A DNA stretch of 64,000 nucleotides from Cyanobacteriota bacterium (GCA_046045965.1 JBJOKS010000010.1:1-64000), one strand, 5' to 3'; positions 30,071-41,425 are shown, counted from the stretch's first letter. Notes: generated by a model not told the origin, from the sequence alone. Made by a program: numbers and translations.

Positions 30071-31975
30071 ATGGTACGGTTAAAGATTTGGCAATGGCTC
30101 ATCCTAGTCTCACCAATAGCGACAATTATCGGGTTTATACTCATATCCGCAGGAACACAAATTCACGCTTGGGGGCTAAGTTGGATTTGGGCTGTATTTA
30201 CCCTTGTATTTGTGGGTTGGCGTTGGTTGCTGGTGCGTTGGACTAAACCTGCTGTTAATCAAATTGAAGCTGTATTTACCCAAGTGCGGGAAGAATTAGA
30301 ATCTAGCAGCGATAATAATATAGATGTATCCACCGGAAAAAACAATACCCAACAAATAGAAACTGCATTAAACAAAGTTTTGAATGATGCTCAAAATGAT
30401 CCTCCTCTTTGGGAAGATTTGCAAATTTTTTGGCAAAGATGTCAAGATTTAGTAATTGCGATCGCACAAATTTATAACCCAGAAGTTAAATATCCTCTCC
30501 TTAACATTTACATCCCCCAAGTCTATGGATTAATTCGCGGTACTGTGGATGACATGGATAAATGGATGCAGAAATTATCTCCTGTTCTTAATCAAGTTAC
30601 CGTTGGACAAGCTTATCAAGCTTATGAAGTATACCGCAAATTAGAACCCTCTGCACGCAAATTTTTACGAGTTTGGAATTTCGCACAATGGTTTTTAAAT
30701 CCCGTCGCTGCGTTCGCAAAAAAAGCTAGTGAAGGTGTGAATAATCGCGCTTCTCAAGAATTACTAATAAATTTGAGTCAAGTATTAAGAGAAGCGGCTT
30801 TACGGAACTTGTGCAAACGAGCAATATCTCTGTATGCAGGGACGAAAATTGAATTACCTACCCCCGAATTACCCCAACCTAAAACCCAAACCCTACGCGA
30901 TATTCTTACCCAAGCTGAACCACCAGAAAAAGTAGCACAAAAGCCAGTTAATATTCTCATTATCGGACGTACAAGTGCAGGTAAAAGTAGTTTAATTAAT
31001 ACACTTTTTCAAAGTGAACTTGCGGCTGTTGATGTTTTACCTAGCACAGATAAAATTAAAACTTATCATTGGCAAACAGAAAGCGGTGAAATTCTCAATC
31101 TTTGTGATACTCCCGGCTATGAACAAGTAAAACGTGATGATTTGCGGGATTTAGTCATTGATTATGCCACAAAAGCGGATTTATTATTATTAGTTACTCC
31201 CGCACTTGATCCCGCTTTACAAATGGATGTAGACTTTCTCCAAGATATTAAAGCAGAAGTCGCAGATTTACCGATCATTACCATTGTCACCCAAGTAGAT
31301 AAACTGCGTCCGATCCGCGAATGGCAACCTCCTTATAATTGGCAAATGGGAAATAAACCGAAAGAGATTTCTATCCGAGAAGCGACAGAATATAGAAATC
31401 AATTGTTAGGAAGTTTCTCTAATTTGGTTTTACCCATTGTTACAAATGACGTAAAAACTGGCCGCAATGCTTGGAATATAGAGGAATTATCTTTAGGATT
31501 ATTATCAGCAATAGACCCGGCTAAACAATTACGTCTCACCCGCTTTTTACGCAACCTAGAAACCCGCATTACCGAATCTGCAAAAATAATAGATCATTAC
31601 ACCTTTCAAATGGCAACAACCCAAGGACTTACCGCACTTTTGAAAAGTCCTGTTTTACAATTTATTTCTACTTTATCAACAGGTTCTCCTACCCTTGCTT
31701 ATCTTTTAGCAGAACAAATTCCCGTGGAACAATTACCCATAGTTATTGGTAAATTGCAGATGGCTTATGAACTGTTTCCATTGTTAAATACAGATAGTTC
31801 TAAATCACGTAATTTTGATTTATTATCTCTTTGGCCTTTGTTGTTAGAAAATCCTGGTACACCAGACCGCAATGCTTGGGCATTTGGTCATGCTTTAATA
31901 GAATATTGGACTCAGAATTTAACCATTGAACAACTGCGGGAAAGATTTGATTATTACATCAGGAGTCAGGAGTAA
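30071..31975 (+). CDS. Membrane-anchored GTPase (Era/YeeP-like domain)
   Basis: Two N-terminal TM, GRTSAGKSS, DTPG, TQVD. Confidence 0.88.
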   Translation: MVRLKIWQWLILVSPIATIIGFILISAGTQIHAWGLSWIWAVFTLVFVGWRWLLVRWTKPAVNQIEAVFTQVREELESSSDNNIDVSTGKNNTQQIETALNKVLNDAQNDPPLWEDLQIFWQRCQDLVIAIAQIYNPEVKYPLLNIYIPQVYGLIRGTVDDMDKWMQKLSPVLNQVTVGQAYQAYEVYRKLEPSARKFLRVWNFAQWFLNPVAAFAKKASEGVNNRASQELLINLSQVLREAALRNLCKRAISLYAGTKIELPTPELPQPKTQTLRDILTQAEPPEKVAQKPVNILIIGRTSAGKSSLINTLFQSELAAVDVLPSTDKIKTYHWQTESGEILNLCDTPGYEQVKRDDLRDLVIDYATKADLLLLVTPALDPALQMDVDFLQDIKAEVADLPIITIVTQVDKLRPIREWQPPYNWQMGNKPKEISIREATEYRNQLLGSFSNLVLPIVTNDVKTGRNAWNIEELSLGLLSAIDPAKQLRLTRFLRNLETRITESAKIIDHYTFQMATTQGLTALLKSPVLQFISTLSTGSPTLAYLLAEQIPVEQLPIVIGKLQMAYELFPLLNTDSSKSRNFDLLSLWPLLLENPGTPDRNAWAFGHALIEYWTQNLTIEQLRERFDYYIRSQE

Positions 31976-31990
31976 GCTATATCTCTTTAT

Positions 31991-32097
31991 CTTGTTCCCA
32001 GTCTCTGACTGGGAATGCTATCATAGAGTCTCTGACTCTAATTTAACAGAAGGCAGAGCCTTCTAAAATTCATTCCCATACAGAGTATGGGAACGAG
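31991..32097. repeat. REP-like palindromic element
   Basis: CTTGTTCCCAG..CTGGGAATG ... CATTCCCATAC..GTATGGGAACGAG; terminal inverted repeat plus internal hairpins. Confidence 0.75.
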
Positions 32098-32103
32098 AAA
32101 TAA

Positions 32104-32523
32104 TTAAAATATAAAATCTAAAGCTTGCTTAATAATCAATTCTTGGTCTATCATATTTTTTAAAGTTAATCCATCATAAATTCCGCCAAAAGCTTCTAAT
32201 GCCGCATTATCTAATGCTCGATCATAAGCTTCTAACAAAATCTCCTCTAGTTCTTTTTTATTCATATAAAACCCTCCAGATTTTCGGCGCTTGTTAACTC
32301 GAATTATTGCATCCGTAGCATTACGAATAGAAACATCCCAGTAATTAGTTGTGCGTTTTTCTGACTGTTGTTTAATTAAGTGAACTAACAAAATGACACA
32401 ATAACTATAAATTTTATTAATTTTATCTTCTTTGCTCATTTCCTCTAACTCATCAATTAAAAATATTGCTGCCTCTAAATTGCCAGCAATAACTAATTCT
32501 CTGAGTTCTAATAATTCTTCCAT
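32104..32523 (-). CDS. DUF29 family protein
   Basis: ELEEMSK.D, LL.HLIK, W.VSI.N, AY..A...A..E. Confidence 0.85.
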   Translation of the reverse strand: MEELLELRELVIAGNLEAAIFLIDELEEMSKEDKINKIYSYCVILLVHLIKQQSEKRTTNYWDVSIRNATDAIIRVNKRRKSGGFYMNKKELEEILLEAYDRALDNAALEAFGGIYDGLTLKNMIDQELIIKQALDFIF

Positions 32524-32624
32524 AATTCACTGTGACATTTCTCACAAAATTAATAACTGCTCTCTTTTTCACTTTTCAAGAAAGCAGTTTTTCCCAAATT
32601 ACCAAACTTGCCAAAATCAAGAAT

Positions 32625-32954
32625 CTACACATCTTCCGTTTCAAGTTGTGCTACTGTCACAGCATTAAACGCGAAGGCAAAAACCAAAGGCATCGGACAC
32701 TTTAAAACAAAGGTATAAATAACCGATAAAATGGTAATAACTACAGCCGCTATTGACCAGTATAGCTCCTGATTTGTTAATCCATTCTCTTCTTTAATTA
32801 CTCTCAAAACATGAACCGGAATTGGTTCTGGCATTACGCCACCAGGAGGAAATGCCCAATAGTTATCACGGCGTTCTACAAATAAATCTGTCCAGCCGTT
32901 TTCCATACACCAAGCTTCGATCCATTCGATAGAGTAATGATTGATCATGAACAT
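32625..32954 (-). CDS. Conserved cyanobacterial hypothetical membrane protein
   Basis: WIEAWCMENGWTDLF...YWAFPPG.VMPEPIP and two C-terminal TM; start uncertain. Confidence 0.8.
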   Translation of the reverse strand: MFMINHYSIEWIEAWCMENGWTDLFVERRDNYWAFPPGGVMPEPIPVHVLRVIKEENGLTNQELYWSIAAVVITILSVIYTFVLKCPMPLVFAFAFNAVTVAQLETEDV

Positions 32955-33166
32955 ACAAATTCCAGTTTTCAGTTTGAGTAGTTAGTGAATATAGATTTAT
33001 CGGAGATTCCTGACAAGCTAAGAAATGCTTATAAGATTAACGCTAATTCCATAATCGTGAAATTTAGTTCAGCTGTTGATATTCCCTTATTCAAAAGACT
33101 AACAGGCAACAGCGATTGTTTGCAACAAACTACAATAAACTTTACTTTAAGTCATGAATATCAATA

Positions 33167-33184
33167 AATGTAAATTACTGTAAA
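33167..33184 (-). promoter_or_regulatory. Putative HLR1 (RpaB) site
   Basis: Minus strand reads TTTACAGT-AA-TTTACATT, one mismatch to (G/T)TTACA(T/A)(T/A)-N2-(G/T)TTACA(T/A)(T/A). Confidence 0.5.
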
Positions 33185-33366
33185 TTACCGATTGAGTAAC
33201 TGCCAACCTCTTAAGGAATAATTAATTTATCAACCTTTCGAGACAATTTAAATAATTTTGACCAGAAGACAACAAAATTTAATTACAAAATATTAAGCAA
33301 AACAGATATTCTGACCAAGATAATGAGGTAAACTGAAATACAAGAAACATTACAAATGGTTAACAA

Positions 33367-33861
33367 ATGATATATTGGCGGCGAGGCATAGGATTATTGT
33401 TAGCAGTTATGATCTGGTGTGTGGCATCTCCAGCACTAGCAACAGACTGGACTCATCCTCTATCATTTAGCAACGCGGAGTTAGGAAGACATGATTTTTC
33501 GGGACAAAATTTACAAGCAGCGGAGTTTTCTAACGCTAACTTAGAAATGGTTAACTTTACAGGTGCTGACTTGCGGGGAGCAGTTTTGAGTGCTTCTGTG
33601 ATGACAAAAGCAAATTTACATGGGGCTGATTTAACTAATGCAATGGTTAATGAAGTAAAATTAAATGGGGCTGATTTAAGTGATGCCGTTTTGTTAGAAG
33701 CTATTTTGCTGCGTTCCGTTTTTACTGATGTCAACATTAAAGGTGCAGACTTTAGTGATGCAATTTTAGATAGAGCGCAAATTAAAGAGCTATGTCAAAA
33801 AGCTAGTGGTGTCAATTCTAAAACTGGTGTTAATACTCGTGAGTCGTTAGGATGTCGATAA
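33367..33861 (+). CDS. Exported/lumenal pentapeptide repeat protein
   Basis: Signal peptide ending ALA, A(D/N)Lxx repeats, LC..A.G.N..TG..T..SLGC. Confidence 0.92.
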   Translation: MIYWRRGIGLLLAVMIWCVASPALATDWTHPLSFSNAELGRHDFSGQNLQAAEFSNANLEMVNFTGADLRGAVLSASVMTKANLHGADLTNAMVNEVKLNGADLSDAVLLEAILLRSVFTDVNIKGADFSDAILDRAQIKELCQKASGVNSKTGVNTRESLGCR

Positions 33862-34991
33862 AGCGTATTGGTATAATTGGTGGTGGACAACTGGCCTGGA
33901 TGATGGGGGATGCTTCCAAAAAATTAGGATTAGAATTAATAGTACAAACTCCTAGTAAAAATGATCCCGCTGTATCTATTGCTGAAGATCCGGTTTTTGC
34001 AGCAGTTGATGATGCAAAAGCAACGGAAATTTTAGCTACAAAATGCGATGTCATCACTTTTGAAAACGAATTTGTTAACTTAGATGCTTTATCTTTATTA
34101 GAGAAACAAGGTGTTTGTTTTCGTCCTAGATTAGCAGCTTTATCTCCTTTATTAGACAAATATCATCAACGTTGCTATTTACGAGATTTAAAATTACCAG
34201 TTCCGCAATTTTTCGCTCTGGAAAAATCAGAGGATATTGAATCAAAAATAGAATATTTGGGTTTTCCTATTGTGATCAAAGCCAGACGACATGGTTATGA
34301 TGGACAGGGAACTTTTATTATCCATGATTTAGCGAATTTGTCAACAGTAATAAATCAAAATCATACACATTTCTTAGTAGAAGAATTTGTCCCTTTTACC
34401 AGAGAATTAGCTATAATTGCAGCGCGTTCTGTGGATGCGGAAATTGTTACTTATCCAGTGGTAGAAACCCAACAAGAACAACAAGTTTGTCGTCGAGTAA
34501 TTGCACCAGCGGATATTACACCCGAACAAGCAAAAAAAATTAAGGCGATCGCTCATACAATATTAAATAGTCTACAAGCTGTGGGCGTTTTTGGGATTGA
34601 GTTATTTATCACCGCTGATGGTAAAATACTGATTAATGAAATTGCACCAAGAACTCATAACTCTGGGCATTTTTCCTTAGATGCTTGTGAAACTTCTCAA
34701 TTTGAACAACACCTGAGAGCAGTTGCTGGTTTACCTTTGACCAATCCTAATTTACATTGTTCTGGTGCAGTTATGGTTAATTTGCTAGGGTATGAAAACT
34801 CACGTAGTGATTATCAATTTCAGCGCCAAAAATTAGCAGCTATTCCCCATGCTTACCTCCACTGGTACGGAAAAACCGAATCTCGTCCCGGTCGTAAACT
34901 AGGACATATCACAGTATTGTTAGAACAGCAAAACCGAGATGCTATAAACTCTATCATCAATACCATAGAATCTATCTGGTATCCTGTTTAA
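33852..34991 (+). CDS. purK: N5-carboxyaminoimidazole ribonucleotide synthase
   Basis: IGGGQL, GYDGQG, NEIAPR.HNSGH, GRKLGH. Confidence 0.97.
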   Translation: MSIKRIGIIGGGQLAWMMGDASKKLGLELIVQTPSKNDPAVSIAEDPVFAAVDDAKATEILATKCDVITFENEFVNLDALSLLEKQGVCFRPRLAALSPLLDKYHQRCYLRDLKLPVPQFFALEKSEDIESKIEYLGFPIVIKARRHGYDGQGTFIIHDLANLSTVINQNHTHFLVEEFVPFTRELAIIAARSVDAEIVTYPVVETQQEQQVCRRVIAPADITPEQAKKIKAIAHTILNSLQAVGVFGIELFITADGKILINEIAPRTHNSGHFSLDACETSQFEQHLRAVAGLPLTNPNLHCSGAVMVNLLGYENSRSDYQFQRQKLAAIPHAYLHWYGKTESRPGRKLGHITVLLEQQNRDAINSIINTIESIWYPV

Positions 34992-35104
34992 AATGGGGAC
35001 TCTTTACTGGGGACTGGGGACTGGAAAGAGGGTAAAATAACAACTGACAACTGATTACAAAAAAATTTTTTTATTCCCCCACTACACAAATTGCATTTGA
35101 CAGT

Positions 35105-35110
35105 TATAAT
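35105..35110 (+). promoter_or_regulatory. -10 element of the 6S RNA promoter
   Basis: Perfect TATAAT about 6 nt before the predicted 5' end. Confidence 0.6.
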
Positions 35111-35115
35111 GAATT

Positions 35116-35299
35116 AGTTGCACTACGACGTTGGTGACTGCCCCCAAGTTTTTTGATCTATGTCTTTAACGAAAAGGGAACCAATTCGTTCTTGTGGCAG
35201 TAGACCGAGCTTGTACTCGGAAACTTTAAACAAGCAACACCCGTTCCCACCTGGTTTACCCAGGTCATAAACTTAGGTAAAACGGCGTTGTGGTGAACT
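35116..35299 (+). ncRNA. ssrS: 6S RNA
   Basis: About 185 nt with complementary ends (AGTTGCACTACGACG / CGTTGTGGTGAACT), central hairpin CCGAG..CTCGG, and the known cyanobacterial position downstream of purK. Confidence 0.88.
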
Positions 35300-35330
35300 T
35301 AAAAAGTTTTTAAAAACTAAAAACATTTCC

Positions 35331-35361
35331 GATCCCCGACTTCTTCAATAAGTTGGGGATC
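35331..35361. terminator. Hairpin/REP between 6S RNA and rsmH
   Basis: GATCCCCGACTT...AAGTTGGGGATC; related degenerate copy at about 18230-18258. Confidence 0.6.
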
Positions 35362-35444
35362 TTATTATTTATTATTATCATAATGGGCAAGATGACCGTA
35401 CCACAAGATTTTTACTACAATATTTTTACCACAAGATGTTTATT

Positions 35445-36356
35445 TTACTCATCTACTGGGTTTTTTCTTTCTGCTATTCTCAATTTAGCAGAACGCGAAC
35501 GCGGGTTATTTTTTATTTCCTCTTCTGTTGCAATAATCGGTTTTTTTGTCAATATTCTTAACAACTCCGAGTTTCTTAAACCGTGTTTAACTATTCTATC
35601 TTCTAAGCTGTGAAAACTAATAATCGCAATTTTTCCCCCAGTAACCAGCGCGTGAGGTGCGTTTTCTATCAAAGTTTCTAATACTTTTAACTCATCATTA
35701 ACTGCTATTCGCAAAGCTTGAAAAACGCGAGTTGCAGGGTGTATTCTTCCATGACGATATTTAGGAGGAACAGAATAAAAAATTGCATCTGCTAATTCTG
35801 TGGTAGTTTGAAAAGGACGCTTTTCTATTATTCGTCTGGCAATTTTCCTGGAAAGTCTTTCCTCACCATATTTAAAAAATATATCGGCTAATTCTTGTTC
35901 ATCCCACTCATTAATTATATCACCAGCAGTTAAAGATTGTTGCTGATTCATTCGCATATCTAAATTCGCAGTATTTCTAAAACTAAAACCTCTTTCTGGG
36001 TTATCTAAATGATAGGAACTTACACCCAAATCTGCTAAAATGCCATCATAAGTATTTGCAGGAAATTGAAAATTAGCAAAATTGCTATGAATAAAATTCA
36101 CCCTATTTCCAAATTCTGCTAAATTCTCCTGTGCAGCTTTTAAAGCGTCCAAATCTTGATCAATTGCGGTAATTTTTGTGTTTTCAGCACTTTCTAAAAT
36201 TAACCGACTGTGACCACCACCACCCACAGTTAAATCTAAATAATTTCCACCTGGTTGAATATTTAAACCTGTGATAATTTCCTGACTGAGAACAGGAATA
36301 TGGGAGAAAGTAAATTCATCTAAGTCTAGGGGTGTTTGTAAATTTGATTTAATCAT
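35445..36356 (-). CDS. rsmH: 16S rRNA m4C1402 methyltransferase
   Basis: [45 protein letters not shown]. Confidence 0.97.
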   Translation of the reverse strand: MIKSNLQTPLDLDEFTFSHIPVLSQEIITGLNIQPGGNYLDLTVGGGGHSRLILESAENTKITAIDQDLDALKAAQENLAEFGNRVNFIHSNFANFQFPANTYDGILADLGVSSYHLDNPERGFSFRNTANLDMRMNQQQSLTAGDIINEWDEQELADIFFKYGEERLSRKIARRIIEKRPFQTTTELADAIFYSVPPKYRHGRIHPATRVFQALRIAVNDELKVLETLIENAPHALVTGGKIAIISFHSLEDRIVKHGLRNSELLRILTKKPIIATEEEIKNNPRSRSAKLRIAERKNPVDE

Positions 36357-36437
36357 TATTTTATTGATATGGTGATTATTATTTGAGGTAAAATCATTAA
36401 TAATTAAACGCAGATGAACGCAGATAATTTAATTTGA

Positions 36438-36521
36438 CTAAGAAGCCATTTTAGCGTTAATAAAACTAAAAATCCTTTCTAATTCTAATAAACCAGCTAG
36501 TTCTGCTTTTTCATCAGTTAA
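36438..36521 (-). pseudogene. C-terminal remnant of a small antitoxin-like gene
   Basis: LTDEKAELAGLLELERIFSFINAKMAS* with no start, cut off by the adjacent REP-like element. Confidence 0.45.
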
Positions 36522-36627
36522 CGGCGGTTAGAAACCGCATCTACACAGACGAAACCCACCTGCGTGGGTTCTAAATTTAGTCCGCGAAGGCGGACTTTGC
36601 TTGTGTAGCCGCGAATTCTATTCGCCG
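36522..36627. repeat. GC-rich REP-like multi-hairpin element
   Basis: CGGCG...CGCCG ends, CTACACA/TGTGTAG arms, hairpins AACCCAC..GTGGGTT and AGTCCG-CGAAGG-CGGACT. Confidence 0.78.
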
Positions 36628-36665
36628 GATTTTTATTATATTAACTTATTGACTTATTGACAATC

Positions 36666-39600
36666 TTATTCTAACGGAAACCCCCCATAACCTGCAATAA
36701 TTTTATCAACATCTTCCATAATCTTAATAGTCTCCGAAATAATAGAAATAATATTTTGATAATGCGTCAAATCATCAAAATTTAACTCTCTTCCTTTCCT
36801 GTCTTTTAACCACTTTTGACAAACTTGATAACCACCTATATAAAAATTCCAGATTTGCGGAGGAACTTGATCAAAATACTGTTCAGAGTTTATCCAAATT
36901 TGTTGATGCTTTTCATTATATTTGACTTGTTCTACAATATTAGAACCCGCAATAGGATAAGTTGCAATTTCCGTTCCTGTGACTTTCATTAAATGTAACT
37001 GTACTAATTTATCACCCTTTGCTACCAACTCCCAAAACAGCGCAGAATTAGAAGTTAAAGGAACACGGGGAAAATCAATCTTTAAAAATTCAGCATAGCG
37101 TTGACGGTAAGTGGGAGAATGAAAAACAGCGTAAATGTAATTAAAAATATCCTCTGGTCCAAAGGTTTGTTTTTGATTTCCTTTTCCATCAACAATAAAT
37201 TCTAATCCTAATTTTTGGGAAAATTCAGTAATAAAATTTGGGGATAAATTCGGTCTACGTCCTCCTGGTGTATTAGTTGGTGTAGCATCAAATAAAGTTG
37301 GGGTATCTGTTGGGTAAAGGTAAAGAGGTATGATGGGACCACCACCAAATTTACCTGCTGTATCTAAAGCATTAATATTTGCTATCTTATCAGTACAGAA
37401 AATATGTCTAAAATCTTTCACTACTTGTCTGGAAATTAATAATCCAACATTACTATGAACATTCCTAAAATGTTGCATAATTTCCTGTCTAGGTCTATTG
37501 ACAACACTAGAATGATGATAATACTCTCTCAAATCAAAAGGACGATAAAGACATTTAACAAAAAATTCTTCCCAATTTACACAAGATGACAAAATTCTTC
37601 TTTGCTGATATAATTGCCAATCAATTGTTACTTGTAGTAAATATTCACTTTGTATTTGAAAGTCAGAAATCTTTAAATCTCGAAAATTTTTGATTCGTTC
37701 TTGAAGATGCGAAAATTCAAAATCAAATACAAAATGATCTCGATGAGTTTTGATACCAGCAGAATTAACTGGCATTATATCAATAATTCTCCATCCTTTT
37801 TCATATTCGGGTAATAAATCATTATTCTGAGGACTAAATAAATAAAATTCAGTTTGGGGATTTATAATTTTCCACTCAGTCGAACTAATATCATTTTCAG
37901 CTAACCAATGATACTTACCATTAACTAACTGATTATTTTCATAAACTTCTCTCATACCCCATAAATCAGCATGATAAACCGTTGCTAACTTTTGCTGACT
38001 ATTTTCATATTTAATAAAAATACTAATTGCTACACCTTGCTGAATATCAAAAACATTCTTATCCGGTGAACCATCAGGACAAAGTTCTTTTTTCTTACTA
38101 TTACCATGTAAATCTAAAACATAAATTTCATCAAAAGTTTGCATCAAATTTTGACGCATTCCCCGAAAAGTGGGGTTATCTAAATAACCATGATTCGTAA
38201 TTAAAGCCACAATACCATAACCCGTTTCCGAAACGCGATGTTGAGCAAAACGGATAAATTTGACATAATCATCTAATAATCCTTTCGGGTTTCTTTCTCC
38301 CAAAGGTTTACCGTCTACTTGATAATAATCCCTAACTAAACCTACAATCCAAGGATCAGTATTTACAGATTCATAAGAATAAGGAGGATTTCCTAAAATC
38401 ACCATTACTGGAACATCTTGTTTTACATCCTTTGCTGCTTCAGCTTCATCTCTAATTCTATTCATAAAACCATCAGCAGGAGGAATTTGAAAAGCTTCTT
38501 GTAAAGTATTAGTTAAATAAATCCTCAACCGTTCATCAGAACTAAAATCATAACCCAACTCTTGCAACTGCAAACCTAATTTCATGTGAGCTACAGTATA
38601 AGGAGCAATCAATAATTCAAAACCAAATAAACGGGGTAATAAATGCTGACTCACATAACTAGACCACATCCCCTTTTGAGATTTAAAACTATCATAAATA
38701 TAATCAATAATCCTATACATAAAAGTTCCCGTACCCACAGCAGGATCGAGAATTAAAACTTGATGAGTTTCCATAGTTCCCTCACCCTGGGGATGGGGAA
38801 TTTTAATCTTTTTAGAATCAGCTAAACCCTGACTAATATTAAACTTATGTTTCAGCACATAATCCACACTTTTAATGATATAATTAACCACAGGTTCAGG
38901 AGTATAATAAACCCCTCTTGACTCCCGCATTTTGGAATCATATTCTGCCAAAAAAGTCTCATAAAAATGGACAACAGGATCTTCCCTACGGGTACGTTTA
39001 CCAAAATCTTTAAGAATTTCCGCCATATCTGTTTGTTGCAGAATATTCGCTAAAGTATCTACCGCCCAAGTAATTCTCTCATCTAAATCAGGACCTGCAA
39101 TTTGTCCAAAAATACTTCTTAAAAAAGGGTTAGTTTTTGGTAACTTAAAAGCTGCGGTTTCCCGTGAAAAACTTTGAACATTATCAGTATTACATCTAGC
39201 TGCAAACAAACCATAACAAATAGTTTGAGCATACATATCCGCAAATTGTTCACCAGTTAAACCCTTAATTAATACCCGTTCAAAAGATTCTAACTGTTGA
39301 CGTAACATACCCCCCTGATCAACATCCTTTAACGCCGTTTTAATCGCATCCCTAATTAATTGAGCTAAACCAGACATCCGTTTAGCTAAATCCTTGGGTG
39401 TAGTAATTGGGGGAACTTTAGTTAATAGAAACTGGCGGAAAAGTTGGTCAAATTCTTGTATTCCTGTTTTGTCAAATTTGATTTTTTTCTGTTTATCAAT
39501 ACTTCCCAAAGAAGCAGATAACTTTAACTCACCTTGGACATACCAACGAAACTCTAAATAATCAGTTAAAATCAAATTACCCAAAGCATTAAAATAACGT

Positions 39601-39860
39601 GACATCTGAGGAGTTTTTACAACCTTATTCAGAGAAACGCCAATATCCTTAGCCTCAATATGACCAACTTCCAAAACACCATTTTTTACCACAAAATCAG
39701 GCGCACCGCAAGCAATTCTTTTAGGTTCATTAATAGCTTGAATTCCAGAATATAAAGACTCAATTAACTTCTGCAAAGCTGGACGATAACTATGCTCAGT
39801 AGCATTTTGAGTTTGATAAACTTGACTAACTTCTTGAATATAAACTTGCAGATAATTCAT
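36666..39860 (-). CDS. Single-polypeptide restriction-modification enzyme (type IIG / type ISP-like, no helicase)
   Basis: N-terminal PD...EAK nuclease motif, GVYYTP, DPAVGTGTF, NPPY amino-MTase motifs, C-terminal ISP-like specificity region (IGGYQV..KWLKDRK). Confidence 0.88.
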   Translation of the reverse strand: MNYLQVYIQEVSQVYQTQNATEHSYRPALQKLIESLYSGIQAINEPKRIACGAPDFVVKNGVLEVGHIEAKDIGVSLNKVVKTPQMSRYFNALGNLILTDYLEFRWYVQGELKLSASLGSIDKQKKIKFDKTGIQEFDQLFRQFLLTKVPPITTPKDLAKRMSGLAQLIRDAIKTALKDVDQGGMLRQQLESFERVLIKGLTGEQFADMYAQTICYGLFAARCNTDNVQSFSRETAAFKLPKTNPFLRSIFGQIAGPDLDERITWAVDTLANILQQTDMAEILKDFGKRTRREDPVVHFYETFLAEYDSKMRESRGVYYTPEPVVNYIIKSVDYVLKHKFNISQGLADSKKIKIPHPQGEGTMETHQVLILDPAVGTGTFMYRIIDYIYDSFKSQKGMWSSYVSQHLLPRLFGFELLIAPYTVAHMKLGLQLQELGYDFSSDERLRIYLTNTLQEAFQIPPADGFMNRIRDEAEAAKDVKQDVPVMVILGNPPYSYESVNTDPWIVGLVRDYYQVDGKPLGERNPKGLLDDYVKFIRFAQHRVSETGYGIVALITNHGYLDNPTFRGMRQNLMQTFDEIYVLDLHGNSKKKELCPDGSPDKNVFDIQQGVAISIFIKYENSQQKLATVYHADLWGMREVYENNQLVNGKYHWLAENDISSTEWKIINPQTEFYLFSPQNNDLLPEYEKGWRIIDIMPVNSAGIKTHRDHFVFDFEFSHLQERIKNFRDLKISDFQIQSEYLLQVTIDWQLYQQRRILSSCVNWEEFFVKCLYRPFDLREYYHHSSVVNRPRQEIMQHFRNVHSNVGLLISRQVVKDFRHIFCTDKIANINALDTAGKFGGGPIIPLYLYPTDTPTLFDATPTNTPGGRRPNLSPNFITEFSQKLGLEFIVDGKGNQKQTFGPEDIFNYIYAVFHSPTYRQRYAEFLKIDFPRVPLTSNSALFWELVAKGDKLVQLHLMKVTGTEIATYPIAGSNIVEQVKYNEKHQQIWINSEQYFDQVPPQIWNFYIGGYQVCQKWLKDRKGRELNFDDLTHYQNIISIISETIKIMEDVDKIIAGYGGFPLE

Positions 39861-40240
39861 AATAAAAACTCTTGCTTCTCTCTCTGCGACTTTGCACCTT
39901 TGCGCGAAATATAAAAATTAATTAGCCCAACCATAAAATAAATATATCTAAAAACCAGCAAAACCACCCAAGCCGTAACAAAACTTAGATACAAACAACA
40001 CCACCCGTCAAAAATTCTCCCCACCCCACAACCAAAGAGAAAATAAAAAAACCAGACTCACAATTCCTTAAATCACCAGATCCCTATAATAATTGAAGAA
40101 GCAAGACAAAATAAAACATCAAGTACAACTCCAAACCTGCTATCCTGACAAGCTGAAAATTAGCAGATGCGGTAAATCGTATCTGGTTAGCATCTTGGCG
40201 GTTCAATACAAATTGTTGACAACGGGAGAACACCACATCT

Positions 40241-41425
40241 ATGAGTAGAATAGAAACTCGCACTGAACCAATGGTGCTAAATATGGGTCCTCACCACCCT
40301 TCAATGCACGGGGTTCTGCGGCTAATTATGACCTTAGACGGTGAAGATGTCGTTGACTGTGAACCAGTCATAGGCTATCTGCACCGAGGAATGGAGAAAA
40401 TTGCCGAAAACCGTACCACAGTTATGTATGTCCCCTACGTTAGCCGTTGGGACTACGCTGCGGGGATGTTTAACGAAGCAGTGACAGTCAACGCACCAGA
40501 AAAATTAGCAGGTATAGCAGTTCCCAAACGCGCTAGTTACATCCGCGTCATTATGCTGGAACTGAACCGCATCGCTAACCACTTATTATGGTTTGGTCCC
40601 TTCCTGGCAGACGTTGGCGCTCAAACACCATTCTTCTACCAATTCCGGGAACGGGAAATGATTTATGATCTGTGGGAAGCGGCCACAGGTTATCGCATGG
40701 TAAATAACAACTATTTCCGTGTCGGTGGTGTAGCTGTTGACTTACCCTATGGTTGGGTAGATAAGTGTGAAGAGTTCTGTGACTACTTCCTCCCCAAAGT
40801 AGACGAATATGAACGCTTAGTTACCAACAACCCTATTTTCCGCCGTCGTATTGAAGGTATTGGGACTATTACCCGTGAAGAAGCGATTAACTGGGGTCTT
40901 TCTGGTCCAATGTTACGCGGTTCTGGTGTGAAGTGGGACTTGCGGAAAGTTGACCATTATGAATGTTACGATGATTTCGACTGGGATGTACAGTGGGAAA
41001 CCGCAGGTGATTGTCTCGCTCGTTACATGGTGCGGATGCGGGAAATGCGGGAATCTGTGAAAATCATCAAACAAGCTATCAAAGGTTTACCTGGTGGTCC
41101 TTACGAAAACCTAGAAGCTAAACGGATGATGGCAGGACCAAAATCAGAATGGGATGCTTTTGATTATCAATATATTGGTAAGAAAGTTGCACCTACTTTT
41201 AAAATTCCTACAGGTGAAATCTACTCCCGTGTAGAAAGCGGTAAAGGTGAACTGGGTATTTATCTAGTTGGTGAAAATAACGTCTTCCCCTGGCGTTGGA
41301 AAATTCGCCCCGCAGACTTCAATAACCTGCAAATTCTGCCCTCTTTGTTACGTGGTGTGAAGGTAGCAGATATTGTAGTGATTCTCGGTAGTATTGACGT
41401 GATCATGGGTTCTGTGGATAGGTAA
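40241..41425 (+). CDS. ndhH: NDH-1 subunit H
   Basis: [22 protein letters not shown]-terminal DVIMGSVDR. Confidence 0.99.
   Translation: MSRIETRTEPMVLNMGPHHPSMHGVLRLIMTLDGEDVVDCEPVIGYLHRGMEKIAENRTTVMYVPYVSRWDYAAGMFNEAVTVNAPEKLAGIAVPKRASYIRVIMLELNRIANHLLWFGPFLADVGAQTPFFYQFREREMIYDLWEAATGYRMVNNNYFRVGGVAVDLPYGWVDKCEEFCDYFLPKVDEYERLVTNNPIFRRRIEGIGTITREEAINWGLSGPMLRGSGVKWDLRKVDHYECYDDFDWDVQWETAGDCLARYMVRMREMRESVKIIKQAIKGLPGGPYENLEAKRMMAGPKSEWDAFDYQYIGKKVAPTFKIPTGEIYSRVESGKGELGIYLVGENNVFPWRWKIRPADFNNLQILPSLLRGVKVADIVVILGSIDVIMGSVDR

Noticed and set aside
35353..35613. 86-aa ORF antisense to the rsmH 3' end (representative of the many antisense ORFs in the track)
   Set aside because: Shadow ORFs opposite well-supported genes.
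40130..40205. Hairpins in the ndhH 5' leader as a possible riboswitch
   Set aside because: Some pairing (CAGATGCG/CGTATCTG) is visible, but there is no recognisable aptamer or expression platform.
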